A stretch of 64,000 nt of DNA, taken from the NCBI GenBank assembly GCA_965240325.2, contig OZ251222.1:3968001-4032000 (forward strand), in the 5' to 3' direction. Position numbers and translations under genes: made by a program. This DNA is from Rebecca billardiae RCC1528 (taxonomy: Eukaryota; Protista; Haptophyta). Positions 1-13,085 of this stretch are shown here, piece by piece (position 1 is the stretch's first letter; each line of letters opens with the position of its first letter). The notes beneath the pieces were generated by a model, which made no database searches, was not told the DNA's origin, and saw only the letters and a program-made list of their open reading frames with translations.

Positions 1-1082
1 CGCAGTCGATTCAGCGGACAGGACACTCTGGACGTAGTCGTGATTCGTGATCAATCACCACATGTGGCGTGATGTGGCCATGCCGCATGCGGGCGTCCAC
101 AGCGGAGCTGCTTCCGCCGCGAGCATACTTATATTAGCTAGCTAGGGCTCATTCAGAGTTATGGCCTGTTTTATTTCTACCAGATTCCATTTACTATGTC
201 ACGGCGACAAACCCGTGCCCGCCAGTGGGAATCGGTGTCACGCCCCGTTCAGTGTACCTCTCACGGCCGATGGCGGCCCCCACGTGCGTGAGGAATGCGA
301 TTCGTGCACTCCTCGGTGACCGGTGAGTGCACGAATCCAGTTGCGGCGCTCGTCCGCCTCGTTGTCGTCGCACACGAGGTACACTGAAGAGCACGGGTCA
401 GAAGCCAGATCTCTCTGCGCGCTCGCGCCCGCGTGGTGAGGCACTGGCAGGCTTGTTCTCATCATCTTGGCCAAGACTGCAGCCTGCCAGATGCGCGATG
501 ACGCGTGTGCACGCCTTTCCGCGCGCCATGGGTGCGCGCGGCACGCACCTTGTCGTCATCTACGCCGAGGAGGCCTGAACAACCGGCCCACCAACCTGCC
601 GTGACCACGTTCAAATGCAGGCGGCAAGCTGCATGCGAGCGCACGCAACGGAAACATCTCACGCTCGACAAGGAAGTGGTGGCGGAGCGAGTAGAGCTGG
701 TATCGTTTGCAGTCCATCTGTCGTTCAACAATCCTGGTTCACCAACTGACACGGGCGCGACGCAGCCAAGGCAGAGTGCTTGCAGCTTGCAGCGCGCCCG
801 CAACCGCGGTTTGCCGCCGCGGCGCGGCGATCGTCACACTGCCGTGCGCTGCGAGTGACCTCTGTGTCATGGCGAAGCACCATGGCAAGGCTTAGCAGCA
901 AGCCTTGGCATGATCTTTCGCTACAGCTCAGCGCCCTAGTACAAACATGCGCCAACGACGTGCCATCACTACTCCGCAATCACGCCGGTACCCACCACAA
1001 GCGGGCAAGCCGCCATTGTACCGCGTTTTGGCGAATGTCGCCGTTGGGCTCTCGTAGAAATAAAACAGGCCTTATGAGAGTA

Positions 1083-1687
1083 TGGAGCGCTCGTTGGAAC
1101 TTGGCGGGGCTTGGAACTTGACACCGCATTTCCCAGCGAAGTGCCCCATCTCGGCGGGGCTGGCACGGTCGGCACACGCTCCTGAGCGCTCGCTTTGCGG
1201 TGCGGCAGGCCTTGGGCAGCCCAGACAGACATGCCGCGACCGAATTACCGGGCCATGCGCGCACCACACCCGCGCTACATGGCCTACGCGCTGGACGACT
1301 GAGAGGCAACGCCGAACCACTGCATTCCACTGCCCGGCATGCACCCCGACTCACCTTCAGAGGGCGTCGACGAGCGCAGAGCGGGTGCGTGGGAGTTCGA
1401 CCAACTCGTGTACCTTCTTGCAAGCACCAGCGGCGAGGTCGCAAGCCGAACCTTGACCAGCCGTGGAACTTGAGCTGGTCGGCAGCAAAACCACCGTTCA
1501 ACCCGGATCAAGTTAGCAGCGTGCGAGGAGGAGGCGCGGTGCGCGTCCGCGGCTGGCGAGAGGCGTCCGGACCGTGCCGTTCTCGGCCGCGCCCGCGCGC
1601 TTCCCGCCGCCGCGGGCCCCGTGTACGCCCGTCGTCGCCCTCGCCGCGCGGGCGCCAAACCGGCGTCAAGTTCCAACGAGCGCTCCA
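1083..1687. mobile_element. MITE-1, 605 bp, 21-bp perfect TIRs, TA target duplication (Tc1/mariner-like, non-autonomous)
   Basis: TGGAGCGCTCGTTGGAACTTG at 1083-1103 has its exact reverse complement at 1667-1687. TA flanks both ends (1081-82, 1688-89). Extra internal TGGAACTTG copies occur at ~1112 and ~1464. No transposase ORF. Confidence 0.75.
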
Positions 1688-1696
1688 TACAGCCTA

Positions 1697-2207
1697 CAGG
1701 CAATCGCGGGCAATAAGAAGTCAGAGATCTCACGGCTAGCCTCGGTTTCTTAGCCGTTCGGTAGCCCGAGCGCCTACGGAGTCTCAGTTTCTTAGCTAGG
1801 TCCGCCCGCCGCGCAGGCGCGGGGGGCGCAGGGGGGCAGAGCCCCCCGCTGAGTCTTTAGGCCCGGCCGGCGAGGCCGACGAAAATGTTGGGCCTTTTTG
1901 GAGCAAATCTGGCATGATGTTGCATGGATGCTGCGGTGCACTGGCCAGGAGTCAGTCATCAGGAGAAGTCGGGACTTGGCCTGTACTCGTAGTCGGGCCG
2001 CGCGCCGCGTCCCCGACGGGCCGACTGCGCCTCGGCCTCGCCCCTCGGCGGACCACTCGTCAGCCGGGACGACGTAGTCCCTGTTTCTTAGTGTGACTAT
2101 GCGTATAGCGAACCAGCCAATCGCTAGCCTCAGTTTCTAGGCCAGATCCGCAGATAGCAAGCCCCAGTTTCTTAACGTGACAGCTCCTTATTGCCCGCGA
2201 TTGCCTG
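1697..2207. mobile_element. MITE-2, 511 bp, 21-bp perfect TIRs, TA target duplication
   Basis: CAGGCAATCGCGGGCAATAAG at 1697-1717 has its reverse complement at 2187-2207. TA lies at 1695-96 and 2208-09. A subterminal GTTTCT(T)A motif repeats at ~1745, 1787, 2083, 2134 and 2167. Confidence 0.8.
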
Positions 2208-2699
2208 TAGTCCCGCGGCCGCGCCGGATGATGAATGATGATGCATCAGAATCTGCCGAGCTGCTGACTGCTTCACTGCTTATAATAATGGCCCGCGGTG
2301 CAGGGCGGAGCGCGTAGCGTGGAGCCCCACCGGGGGCCCTCACTACGTTGTCAAAAAGATCTTTTGATCAAAGAAAAGGGGACGGGGGACGATTTTTAGG
2401 GTTGTTGGAGGGTGAGTTTTCGATTTTTTGAGGGGTACGGTACAATGCTGTCCATCCCAAGCTTAAAAGGCCGCGCCCGGGTCATTTCGCGTATGTCGTT
2501 GGACGGCCGTCACATTGTCAGTAAACGAATCTGCGCCATTGTGGTAATGCCCGGGGCCGGACTCCGCCCAGCACCAGACAACAGTGATCCACTCCGGACT
2601 GGGCGGTCCGGCGATCGCTCCCGCGATGAGTCGATGACCAGTGCGGACCTCTCGACCCAGTCAAACGCCGGCGACGCGGCGCGGGCGCGCAAGACAGAT

Positions 2700-3570
2700 C
2701 AGAAATCCTGATTCCTGGACGCGCACGCGAACCGGCTCGGCATGCGGAACGCGTTGATGCGCTTGGGGACGCACGACATCGGGCCGTTCTGAAACGACAC
2801 CGGGCGAAACTCCGTACCGCGTGCACGCGCGGACCGGCGGACCGCAGGCCGCGGCGTGACGACTGCGACACTGCGCGACGCGAAGGAGCAGGTGCTGGCG
2901 CCGCAGATGGCGGTGCGGGCGTTCTGCCCGAGCTGCAACAACCCGCTGCTCTCGGGCCAGGTGCATCAGCGCATCCAGGACCGCCGCTGCCACGTGCTAA
3001 CCAAGGTGGTGGGCAAGTTGCGTGCGCAAGACACTACGCGACCGTGTGCGAGCAAGGCGTGCCAAGATGATAATCGACACGGCGAAGCAGGTGGTGATCG
3101 AGGCGCTGAGCCTGATCATGGTGAGGCGCATCTTCTCGACCTGCCCGACGCGCAGACCACGCAGGCGTCGCTTCCGGGCGCGTGGGACTCGCGCACCAAG
3201 ACGGTGTGGCGCGTGGACCCTGTCGCCAAGGCGGTCAACTCCGCCTGGCCGCTGGAGGTGGTCGCTCGCCGCGCCTGGCCAAGCTGGTGCACGAGGGGCC
3301 AGCTGGCGGTCGATGCGCGGCGCGCTCGCGGTCGATGCGCGGCAACTCCAACCGCCTCGGCAAGCGCAAGCAGCGGGACGATGGCGGCGCCGCGGCGGCG
3401 GGTGCGATGAACAAATCGGACGAGCGCGCCAAGTCCCGACGCATCGCCAACGCCGCCAAGCTGTTCGAGGACATGGACGGCGACGAGATCGCGGCCGCGG
3501 CGCACGCGGCGGGCAAGCTGGACTGCCAACTTGCGACGCGTCTCGCAGACTGCCACTGCCACTGGGCCTG
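2700..3570 (+). pseudogene. Degenerate coding-like sequence (frameshifted fragments), possibly a decayed TE or gene relic
   Basis: Codon-biased fragments occur in different frames (FCPSCNNPLLSG..., MIIDTAKQVVIEALSLIMVRRIF, MNKSDERAKSRRIANAAKLFEDMDGDE), with stops and no clean splice path. A 13-bp inverted repeat brackets the region (2290-2302 / 3642-3654). Confidence 0.3.
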
Positions 3571-3835
3571 GCCCATTATAAATCTTCGTCATACGACATT
3601 GAGCAGCTACGACATTGAGCAGCCGAGCAGCCGACGGAGGGTGCACCGCGGGCCCCTAACTGCGTTGGTTCTACGGAAGGACCGCGGAACGCGGTCATAT
3701 ATAATATATATATGCTACTGCCGCGCGACGACGAGATTCGACGAGAGAGACTCTCACCATAGTCACTCGCAGAGACGCCAGGCGGGAGCAGAGATGATCG
3801 TCGTCGCATGCGAAGGCTTCGTCGTGTGTCTTCAT

Positions 3836-5303
3836 TCAGTGCTGGCCCGAGCCCGAGCCGTCCCCGCGCAGCCAGTGGGGCAGGATGCCAGCGCCGGCGT
3901 TGTGCGCGCCGCCCATCGGCCCGCCGAAGGGCGCGTGCTGCGGCTGCGCGCCGCGCGTGCGCGGCTCTGGCGAGTCGGTCTCAAAGCCAACGCCCGCGAG
4001 CATCGCCTGCACGGTCGCCTGCGAGCCCGCGTCGTAGCTGAAGTCGTCGGCGCTCACGTGCGCGCTCGAGGCGCCGACGCTGTGTGCGCGGTCGCGGCCG
4101 TGGCCCGCGCCGCCGCCCATGCCTGTGAAGCCGCGGCCGCCGAGGCCGGCGCCGAGGCCGCCATGGCCCCAGCCGCCCGGGCCGTGCTGCGCGCCGCCGG
4201 CCGCCGCGCCGCCGCCGCCGCCCGACCAGCAGGCCGCTCCGTTGGGCGGCGCCCATGCGGCGCCCGCGCCCCACAGCGACGTGGGCGGCGCGGCGCGCCC
4301 GCCGTCCGCTCCGCCGCCGTCGCCGCCGGAGCCAGGCGGCGGGACCTGCTGCTGCTGCTGCTGCGGCGGCGGCGGCGGCTGCGGCTGCGGCTGCGGCGGC
4401 TGCGAGGACGCCAGGAAGGGCTTGGCCGACGGGTTGCACCCGACCGCCTGCCGCAGCGCGGCGCACGCGCGAAGGTCGTCCGCGCCGCTGCCGCAGCTCG
4501 CGCTGCGCGCGCCCACGCGCGGCGGCGCCGCGCCCGGCGGCTCGGTGTCGCCGCGCGGGAGCAGCGACGGCGCGCCGCCCGGCTGCGCGGCCGGCTGCGC
4601 GGGCGCGGGCGTCGGCCGCGCGGGCGCGGCGTCAGTGTGCATCGAGCCGAGCGGCCCCCACACGCTGAAGGGCGCGTGCACGCCCACGCCCCAGGTGCTG
4701 CCGCCGCCCAGCGCGCTCAGGCCGCCCAGCGAGCCGTTGCCGCCCGCCGCGGCGGAGGAGGCAGAGCCGAGGGCCGGCGCTGCGCGCAGCCCGCCAAGCC
4801 CGCCGTTGCCAAACCCGGCTGCGCGGCGCGCGGAGGCGTGCGGAGAGGGCGCGGAGGAGACGGACGGCAGGAGGCGCGGGCGGCGGGCCGTGAGACGCAG
4901 CGCGCGCGCGCGCGCGCGGGAGCGCGTGGCGCGGCGCGTGCTGCGCGAGGGGGCGGCGCGCGCGCGCGCGCGCGCACCTGGCTGCGAGCCGTGCAGCGGG
5001 GCGCCCGGCTGCTGCGGCTGCTGCGGCTGCTGCGCGTAGTGCGCCGCGGGCCGCGCCGCGCCCACGGCCGGCGCGGGTGGCGCGTGGCGCGACGGCTGCC
5101 AGAGAGACTCGGCCGCACACGCGCCGCCGCCGCCGCCGCCGTCGTGCGAGCCGGCGGCCGCGGAGCACACCGGGGCGAGCGGCGCGGGCGGCAGCGTGGG
5201 CTGCGCGCCGGCGTGCGAGGGCGCGGCGTGGTGGTGGGCCAGGCCCGAGGGCGTTAGGCCGGAGGGCATGGCGCTTGAGGCGCCGGCGGCGGCCAGTGCG
5301 GCC

Positions 5304-5335
<32 letters not shown>

Positions 5336-5428
5336 CTGCTGCGTCTGCTGCTGCGTCTGCTGCTGCTGCTGCTGCTGCTGCGCCTGCTGCTGACGAGGCG
5401 GCGGGCTGCGCGCGGCAGCCAAGGCCGC

Positions 5429-5459
<31 letters not shown>

Positions 5460-5633
5460 GCTTGCGAGGGCGGCGGCGCGTTGGTGGAGCGCGCCCCGCC
5501 CGCAGCGCCGGCATTCGCCTGAGCCGCCTGCTGCGCCTGCTCGGCGCGCGAGGGCTGCCGGCCCACGCGCGACTCAGGCTGCGATGTCGGCGCGCCGCCG
5601 GTGCCGGGGCTGGGGCCTCCGCCGCGCGCGCCG

Positions 5634-5677
<44 letters not shown>

Positions 5678-5757
5678 GCCGCTTCCGGGCGCGGGGCTGG
5701 GCGTGGACGAGGCGCCGGGCGAGCGCGGCACGGCCAGCGGCGGCGGCATCGGCGCCG

Positions 5758-5788
<31 letters not shown>

Positions 5789-6878
5789 CCCCGCCGCGCC
5801 CGCGCCAGGCGAGCGTGTGGGCGTGTTGGGCTCGGAGCGAGCAGCAGCGCCCGCTGCGGCGCCGCACGCGCCGCCTCCGCCGCGCGCGCCCGCCGCGGGC
5901 TGCGTGGGCGTGGGCGGCTGCTGCCCCGGCTGCTGCCCCGGCTGCTGCCCCGCGGGCGGCTGCTGCTGCCCCGCGTCGCCGCCGCGCCCCTTCCGCCCGC
6001 CGCCGCCGCCAGCCGCGGGCTGCAGCTGCGGCTGCGGCTGCGGCTGCGAGCCACGCCGCCCCGCGGCCGGAGCCGCGCCGCCGCCGCTCGGCGCGACGGC
6101 GCCGCCCTGTGCGCCCTGCGCACCGACCTTGGCGCCGCCCGCCCGCCCGCCGCCCGCCGCGCCCTGCGGCTGCGGCGGCTGCGGCTGCTGCTGCGGCTGC
6201 TGCGCCGCCGCGGCCGCGCCGCCGGCGCGCCCGCCGCGCGTCAGCTGCGGGCCGGCGCTGCCCGCGCCCGCGCCGCCTCCCTTGCGCAGGCCGGGCGCGC
6301 CCACTGCGGGCGCGCCCGGCGCGGGCGGCGCGGCGCGGCTGTAGACGAGCTGCTGCTGCTGCGCAGGCGCACTGCCGCCCGCGCCGCGCGCGCCGCCCGG
6401 CCCGCCGCCCTTGCCCGCCGCGCCGCCAGCGGGCGGCGCGGGCGCAGCGGCCGCGGCCGCGCCGTCCGCGCCGCCCTCCCAGCCCACGGCCGCGCCGTTC
6501 TTGTTGCGGCGCGAGCGGCGCGTGCGCGAGCTCGTGCTGCCACCCGCCGCCGCGCCCGGGTCGGCGGGCGGCGCGGGTGGCGGCGGCGGCGGCGGCGGCG
6601 CGGGCGAGGGCACGGGCGGCGGCGGCGGCGGTGCGCGCGCCGCGGTGCCGCCCTGTGTCCCGCCGTCGCCGCCGCCGCCGCCGCCCGCGCGGCCGCCGCC
6701 GCTCGCGCCGCCGCCCGCCGCGCTGGCGGGGTGGGCGGTGGCGCCGTGCGCCGCGGCGGCGCGCGCGCTGCCGCCCGCGGGCATGCTCGGCGCCACTGTC
6801 GGCCCGGACGTCGGCCTGCGCGCCTGCTGCTGCCGGCACAGCCTCAGGATCAGCGTCTCCTCGTCGTCGTCGTCGTCA

Positions 6879-6929
<51 letters not shown>

Positions 6930-8862
6930 GCGTCGGAGTCGGCGCCGTCGGCTTCGGAGTCGGCGTCGTCGCTGTCCATGCGGACGGGCTCAGCGGCGGC
7001 GGCGGGCGGGGCGGGGCGCGCCGCCTCCGCGCCGCCCGCGCCCGCGCCCTTTGCGCCCGGCTTGGTCGCCGCTCCGCCCTTGGCGGGCGGCGCCGCCGCA
7101 GCCGGCTGCGGCCGCCTGTCTGCGGCGGCGGCCGCGCTGGCAGCGGGCGCGGCGGACGCCCCCCGCTCCGCACCGACGCCGCCTGCGCTGGCGGGCGCGA
7201 CGGCCGCGTCCGCGTTGTGCCCCGCGGCGGCGGCCGCCGCCGCGGCGGCGGGCGGCGCAGCGGGCTCGGCCTCCGCCGCGGCGGGCGCGCCCGTCTTGCT
7301 CTCCTGCTTGCGCGCGCGCTGCCGCGCCTTCTTGGCTGCGCGCTTGGCGGAGCGCTCCGCGGCCGAGCTCGCCTCCTGCGCCTCCTCGAGCAGCAGCGCG
7401 TCCGCCACCGCCTGCGCGCCCGGCGCAGCGCGCGCGGAGGGGGCGCGCGCGCTCGTTAGGGCCCCGCCGCGCGCGCGCGCCCTCGCGCGGCGCCGCGCGC
7501 GCCGCGCGCTGCCCCGGTGGCGCTCAGGTCGTCGTGTGCGCTGCTGCACACCTGCGCGGCCGCCTCCTGCTGCTGCGCCTGCACGCGCCGCCACCCCTTG
7601 CGCAGCCGGCCGAGGAGGCAGTGCGCGACCAGCCCGCTGAAGAGCGCGTTGCCCACGCACAGCAGTCTGCGCAGTGCGCGCGCACACGCGCGCACGCACG
7701 CACGCACGCACGCACAGGGAGAGAGAGAGGGCGCGGGAGGCGTCAGCGGTGCCGCGCGGCGGCGGCGGCGGTGCCGACGGCGCGCGTGCGCGCGTGCGCG
7801 CGTGCGTGTGTCGCTCCGCGCTCACCTCGCGACGCGTCGCAGCGGCTCGGCGTTGCAGACTTCGGAGAGCGCGTCGCGCAGCAGCGCGGCGCTGCTCGGC
7901 CGGGCGGGCTCCACCCCGTCCTCGAGCGGGGGCGGCGGCTCGCCCCTCAGCAGCGGCTCGAGGTAGCGCAGCAGCGCGCACGCGCCCGCCAGCTGCGCTG
8001 CCGAGCACGGCGCGCTGCCGTGCTGCTGCTGCTGCTGGCAGCGCACGCTGCCCGAGAGCAGCTGCGCCTCCGCGCCCACGAGCGCGTGCACCGCGTCGAC
8101 GAGCGCGGACGCGCGCGCCGCGCCCGCGCCGCCGCGCGCGCCGCGCGGCAGCTCGAGCCTGAAGCCGCCGCCGCTTCCCTCGTTGGGTGCGAGCGAGCGG
8201 AGCAGCGCACCGGCCACGCGCACGGGCTCGGCGTGGCGCGTGTCGGAGAGCAGCGCGTGCGCGCCAGGTGCCGAGAGCAGCCGCCGCAGCAGCCGCGCGA
8301 GCCCGAGCGAGGGCGAGTTGAGGCTCACCGCCGCCGAGAGCGCGACGAGAACGCCCGCGTCGTAGCTCGGCCACGCGCCGCCGTCGCGCGTCTCGCGCGC
8401 GCCCCCGGCGAGCCGGGCCTGCGCCTCGGCCAGGTCGGCGTCCGTGGCGACCAGGCAGCGCGCCTGCGCGCGCACACACGCGCGCACGCGCACGCACGCA
8501 CACGCGCAGCGGCGGGCGGAGCGGGAGGGCGCAGCCGCGTGAGCGCGGGGGCGGCGGCGTGCGTGCGGCCTCGGCACCTCGGCCGCGCGCACGCACGCAC
8601 GCGCGCGCGCGCGGGCACGCGCACGGCCTCACCTGCTCATCGGCCGTGCAGCCGCCCAGCCACGCGGCGAGCTCGCCCACGCTCGGGGGGGCGGGGCTGC
8701 GAGGGTCGCCGTTGGCGGGGAGCTCGGCGCGCGACTCGGCGGCCGCGGCGGCGGCGCGCGCGCCCGCCGCGCCGCCCGCCGCGCCCACCGCCCCGCCCAG
8801 CCTCGCGGCCGCCGCGCCCACGCCCTTCGCGCCGAGCGCGGCGCGCGGCGCGTCGGCGTGCT

Positions 8863-8893
<31 letters not shown>

Positions 8894-9593
8894 CGAGGCG
8901 GCGCCGGCGGCCGGGCGCCACTCGGCGTCGAGCAGGACCTGCAGCGTGGACGCGGCGAAGAGGTCGGTGCCCACGCCGCTGCCGCCGAGCGCGCGGCCGC
9001 ACTCGGCCGCCGCCGCTGCGAGCGCGTCCGCGGGCGCGCCGCCGTCGTCGCCGCCGCCGCCCGCCGCGTCCGCGCCGCCCGCGCCCGCCGCGCGCGAGCC
9101 CGCCGACGGCGGCGGCGCGCCCGCGGCGGGCAGGTCGATCAGCGTCGCGAGCAGCGCCCACGGGCGCAGGCTGGGCGCGCCGGCGGCGAGCGGGCCGTCC
9201 GCGCCGCCGCCGTCCGCGCCGCCCGCCGCCGGCTGCGCGCACAGCGCGTCCGCGAGCATCTGCGCGCCGTGCGCGCCGTCGTCCGCGGCCGCGCAGATGC
9301 ACACGAGGTCCAGCAGCGCGCCCGCGGACACGCGCGCCGGCAGCGAGCCGCCGAGCAGGAACGAGACCGACTCGACGTCGCGCAGCGCGCGCTCGTGCGC
9401 GCGCGCGCACGCGTGCGCGCGCGCGCGCGCCACGAACAGTCGGTGGTCGTCCGCGATGTGCACGATGGCCTCGTCGAGCAGCGTGCGCGCGCGCAGCCGG
9501 CAGTCGGCCGCGGTCGCGCGCCCCTCAAGCCAGCACGCGGCGCGCGCGCCCTCGGCGAGCGCGTGCGCGTGCGCCGCGGCGCCGTCGGCCTCT

Positions 9594-9636
<43 letters not shown>

Positions 9637-10888
9637 GCTGGGCGGGCGGCGGCGCGTCGTCACCGCCGTCGGCGCCGCCCTCCGCGCGCGCCTCCGCCTC
9701 GTCCGCCGCGCCGAGCTCGGCGCCGGCCGCGCGCAGCACCGCCGCGGTCAGCTGCTCGCGACCGCGCGCCGTCTGCAGCGGCGACGCGGCCGCGCTCGGG
9801 CCATGCCGCCCGAGCAGGCCCGCCTCCTGCAGCGCGCGCGCGTCGGCGCCGCCGCCCGCCGCGTCCGCCCACGCCCACGCGGCCGCGCGCACGAGCGAGG
9901 GCGCCTGGTGGCTCGCCGCGCCGCGCGAGCGCGCGCCGAGCGCGCCGCCGCCCGCGCCGCGCGCGCCGGCGCGCGCGCCGCCGCCGCGCGCGCCGCCGCC
10001 GCCGCCCGCGCCGCCGCCGCCGCCGCCGCCGTGGCGCGCCCGCGCCTCTTCGATGGCAGCGTTGACTGTATTGGCCGTCACGCCCGCGGGCGCGTCGGCG
10101 AAGCATGAGGCGCCGCCTGCCGGCAGCGACGGGCGCATCGCGAGGCCGACAGGCAGCGCGCGAGAGCCCGAGCCCGCCGAGCCGGGCGGCGCCGCCCCGC
10201 CGCCCGCGCCGCCCACGCCGCCCAGCCCCGCCGCGGCCGCTGCCCCGCTGTGCGCGTGCTCGCCCAGCTCAGCGCCCGCGCGCCCGTCTGACAGCAGCGA
10301 ATCAAACAGCCAGTCGAGCGCGGCGCAGACCTCGCGCAGCGCGGGCGGCTCCGAGCCGAGCTCGGAGCCGAGCCCGTCGCGCGAGGCCACCTCGGCGGAG
10401 GCGGCGGCGGCGAGCGCGCCCGCGGCCGCGCGCACCGCCTCGCCGCCCGAGCGCGCCCTGCCGCCGCCGCAGCCGCGTGCCGAGCTGGCCGCGGCCGCGC
10501 CGTGCCGCGTGACCGCGACGCTCAGGTCGGCGTCGTCGATGAGCTCGTCGACGAGGGCGAGGCCGTCGACGATGGCGCGGCACGTGGAGACGGAGGCGAG
10601 CGGCGCGCGCGCCGACGCGGCGAACGCGGCGCGCGCGGCGCACGCCGCGCGGCCGCCGCCGCCCACCGCCTCAGCCCACGAGCCCCACTGCGGCGGGCCG
10701 ATGCGGCCGGCGGCGCGCTCGGCTCCATCCGCGGCGGCGAGCGCGGCGGCGAGCGCGGCGCTGACGGCGAGCACGTTGTGCTCGATCCGCGCGGCGGCGA
10801 GCAGCCTCGGCAGCTGCTCGTGCGACATGGGCGCCAGCGCGGTGAGCGCCAGCCGCCGGCTGACCGCCGCGCCAATGCCCTCGTCCTC

Positions 10889-10924
<36 letters not shown>

Positions 10925-13048
10925 GCCGCCGTGCTGCTGCGGCTGCTGCGCCAACGGCGGCGGCGGCGCGCCCTCCCAGTCGGCGTGCGTGCACAGCGAG
11001 GTGGGCACGCCCACCACCTCGCCCAGCGCGTGCGCGATCTCCCGCCTCGCCGCGTTCCGCACCGCCTCCGCCACCACGCAGTCCAGCACCTCGCCCGGCA
11101 CGTGCGCCACGCCGCGCGCGTGGAAGGCGCGCAGCGCACTCTTCTCCAGCAGCTCGGCGGAGCCGCCGTCGGGCGGCAGGGCGCACAGCGCGCTGCGGCG
11201 CTCGACTGCGGGGGCGGGGGCGCGGGGCGCGGGGCGCGGGGCAGCACGGCGCGCGTGAGCGCGCGGGGCGGCGAGGCCGACGCCGCGCGCGCGCGCAGCG
11301 CGGCGCACGGCCGCAGTCCGCCGCGGGCGCGCGGTGGTGCGCTGCGCTGTGCGCGCCGTGTGCGCTGTGTTGGTGTGCGCTGCGGCGGTGCGCGCGCGCT
11401 CACCCTCGAACGCATCGAAGCGGCGGATCGCGTCGTGCAGCAGCTGCGGCGCGCACGGCGAGTGCACGGCCGAGTACGCGTCACACGCGCGGCTGCCGCC
11501 GCCCGCGCTCAGCGCCGCCGAGCCCGGCCGGATGCCCGGGATGCCCACGGCGTCTGCGCCGTCCGCGCCGCCGCCGCCGCCGCCGCCGCCCGCGCTCGGC
11601 GGCGGCGCCGCGTCGGCGTCGGCGGCGGCGCCGTCGAGGCACAGCAGCAGCAGGCGCACGCAGTCGCGCAGCGTGAGCGCGCGCGCGGTGAGCCGCAGCC
11701 ACCACGTGCACCGCGCCACGCGGCGCTGCACGAAGCGCAGCCGCGCGTCCGACAGCGCGAGGACGAGGGCGTCGTTGAGAATCGCGCCGTTGGCACACAG
11801 GGTCACGCCCGCGCGCGCCTCGACGGCGGGGAGCGCGGCGGGCGCGGAGAGCAGCGAGCGGCCGATCCAGCGGTGCGCGTACAGCGTGCCGAGCACCGCG
11901 CGCACGCACGCCGTGTTGTGCTCGATCAGCGCGCCCGTCCACAGCTCGTCCACCTGCGCGCACGCGCGTGTGCGCGCACGCGCGTGTGCGCGCACGCGAC
12001 GGCGTGTGCGCGCGGGGGAGGGCGCGCGCGTGAGGCGGCGGCGCGGCGGCTGGCGCGGCGCGAGCGCCGACGGCGCGGACGGCGCGCGGCGCGGCCGTCG
12101 CGCGCGCGCGCGTGCGCCCCACCTGCGCGTGCTCGTGCAGCAGCAGCACGTCGATCACCTGCTTCCACGACAGCAGCGTCAGCTCGTCACAGCCGGCCGA
12201 GGGCGCCGCGTGCCCCTGCGTGATGTTGGTGAGGCACGCGCGCACGAGACGCGTCGCCTCGCCGTACCAGGCGTGCCAGCGCACGGCGGTGCGCACGAGG
12301 GGGGCGCGCACGCGCGGCGGCGGCGGGCCACGCATGCGGCGCGAGAGCGCGGCGTCCGAGCCCGACGCGGCGGCGGCGGCGGCGGCGGCGAGCGCGGACG
12401 TCGAGGCGGCCGCGCCGCCGCCCGCCGCGCCCGCCACCGCCGCCGCCGCCGCCGCGAGCGCGTCCGCGCCCGCCTGCCCAACCTCGCTGAGCTCCTGCCG
12501 CGCGGTCGCGCGGCGCAGCGCCTCGGAGCACAGCTGCTCGCGCAGCACGACGCGCATCATGCGGCACAGGCACCACTGGTTGTGCCGCGCGGTGGCGAGC
12601 GCGATCGCGCCGGCGAGCTCGCGCAGGCACGCGCGGCGCAACGTCACGGCGTCGGCCGGAGCGGCCTCGGCGGCGGGCGCGGGCGGCGGCGCGGGCGGCG
12701 CGGGCACGAGCGCGCCCACGCACGCGCCGGCGAGCAGGGCCTCGAGCGCGGTGGCGCGCTCGCGCGCGACCGCGTCCGCCCACACCGCCTGCACCTCCGC
12801 CGCGCCGAGCGGCACGCCGAGCGCCGCCTCGATCGCCGCGTCGCCGCCCCACGCGCGCATCGCGGCCTCGTGCGTAAGAGGCTCGCCAGCGTGAAGACTC
12901 AGCTTGCCCGCGGCGGCGGCGGCGGCGGCGGCCGAGCGCGCGGAGCCGGCGGCGCCGCCCGCGCCGCTCGCGGCGTCGGCGGCGGTGAGCGCGGCGGCGA
13001 GCGTGCTGAAGCTCGCCTCCGCCGCGTCGGCCGAGCTGCCGCCCTCGC

Positions 13049-13085
<37 letters not shown>

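Noticed and set aside
194-1000. Short ORFs at the window start
   Set aside because: No recognisable motifs and no consistent splice model; at most decayed sequence.
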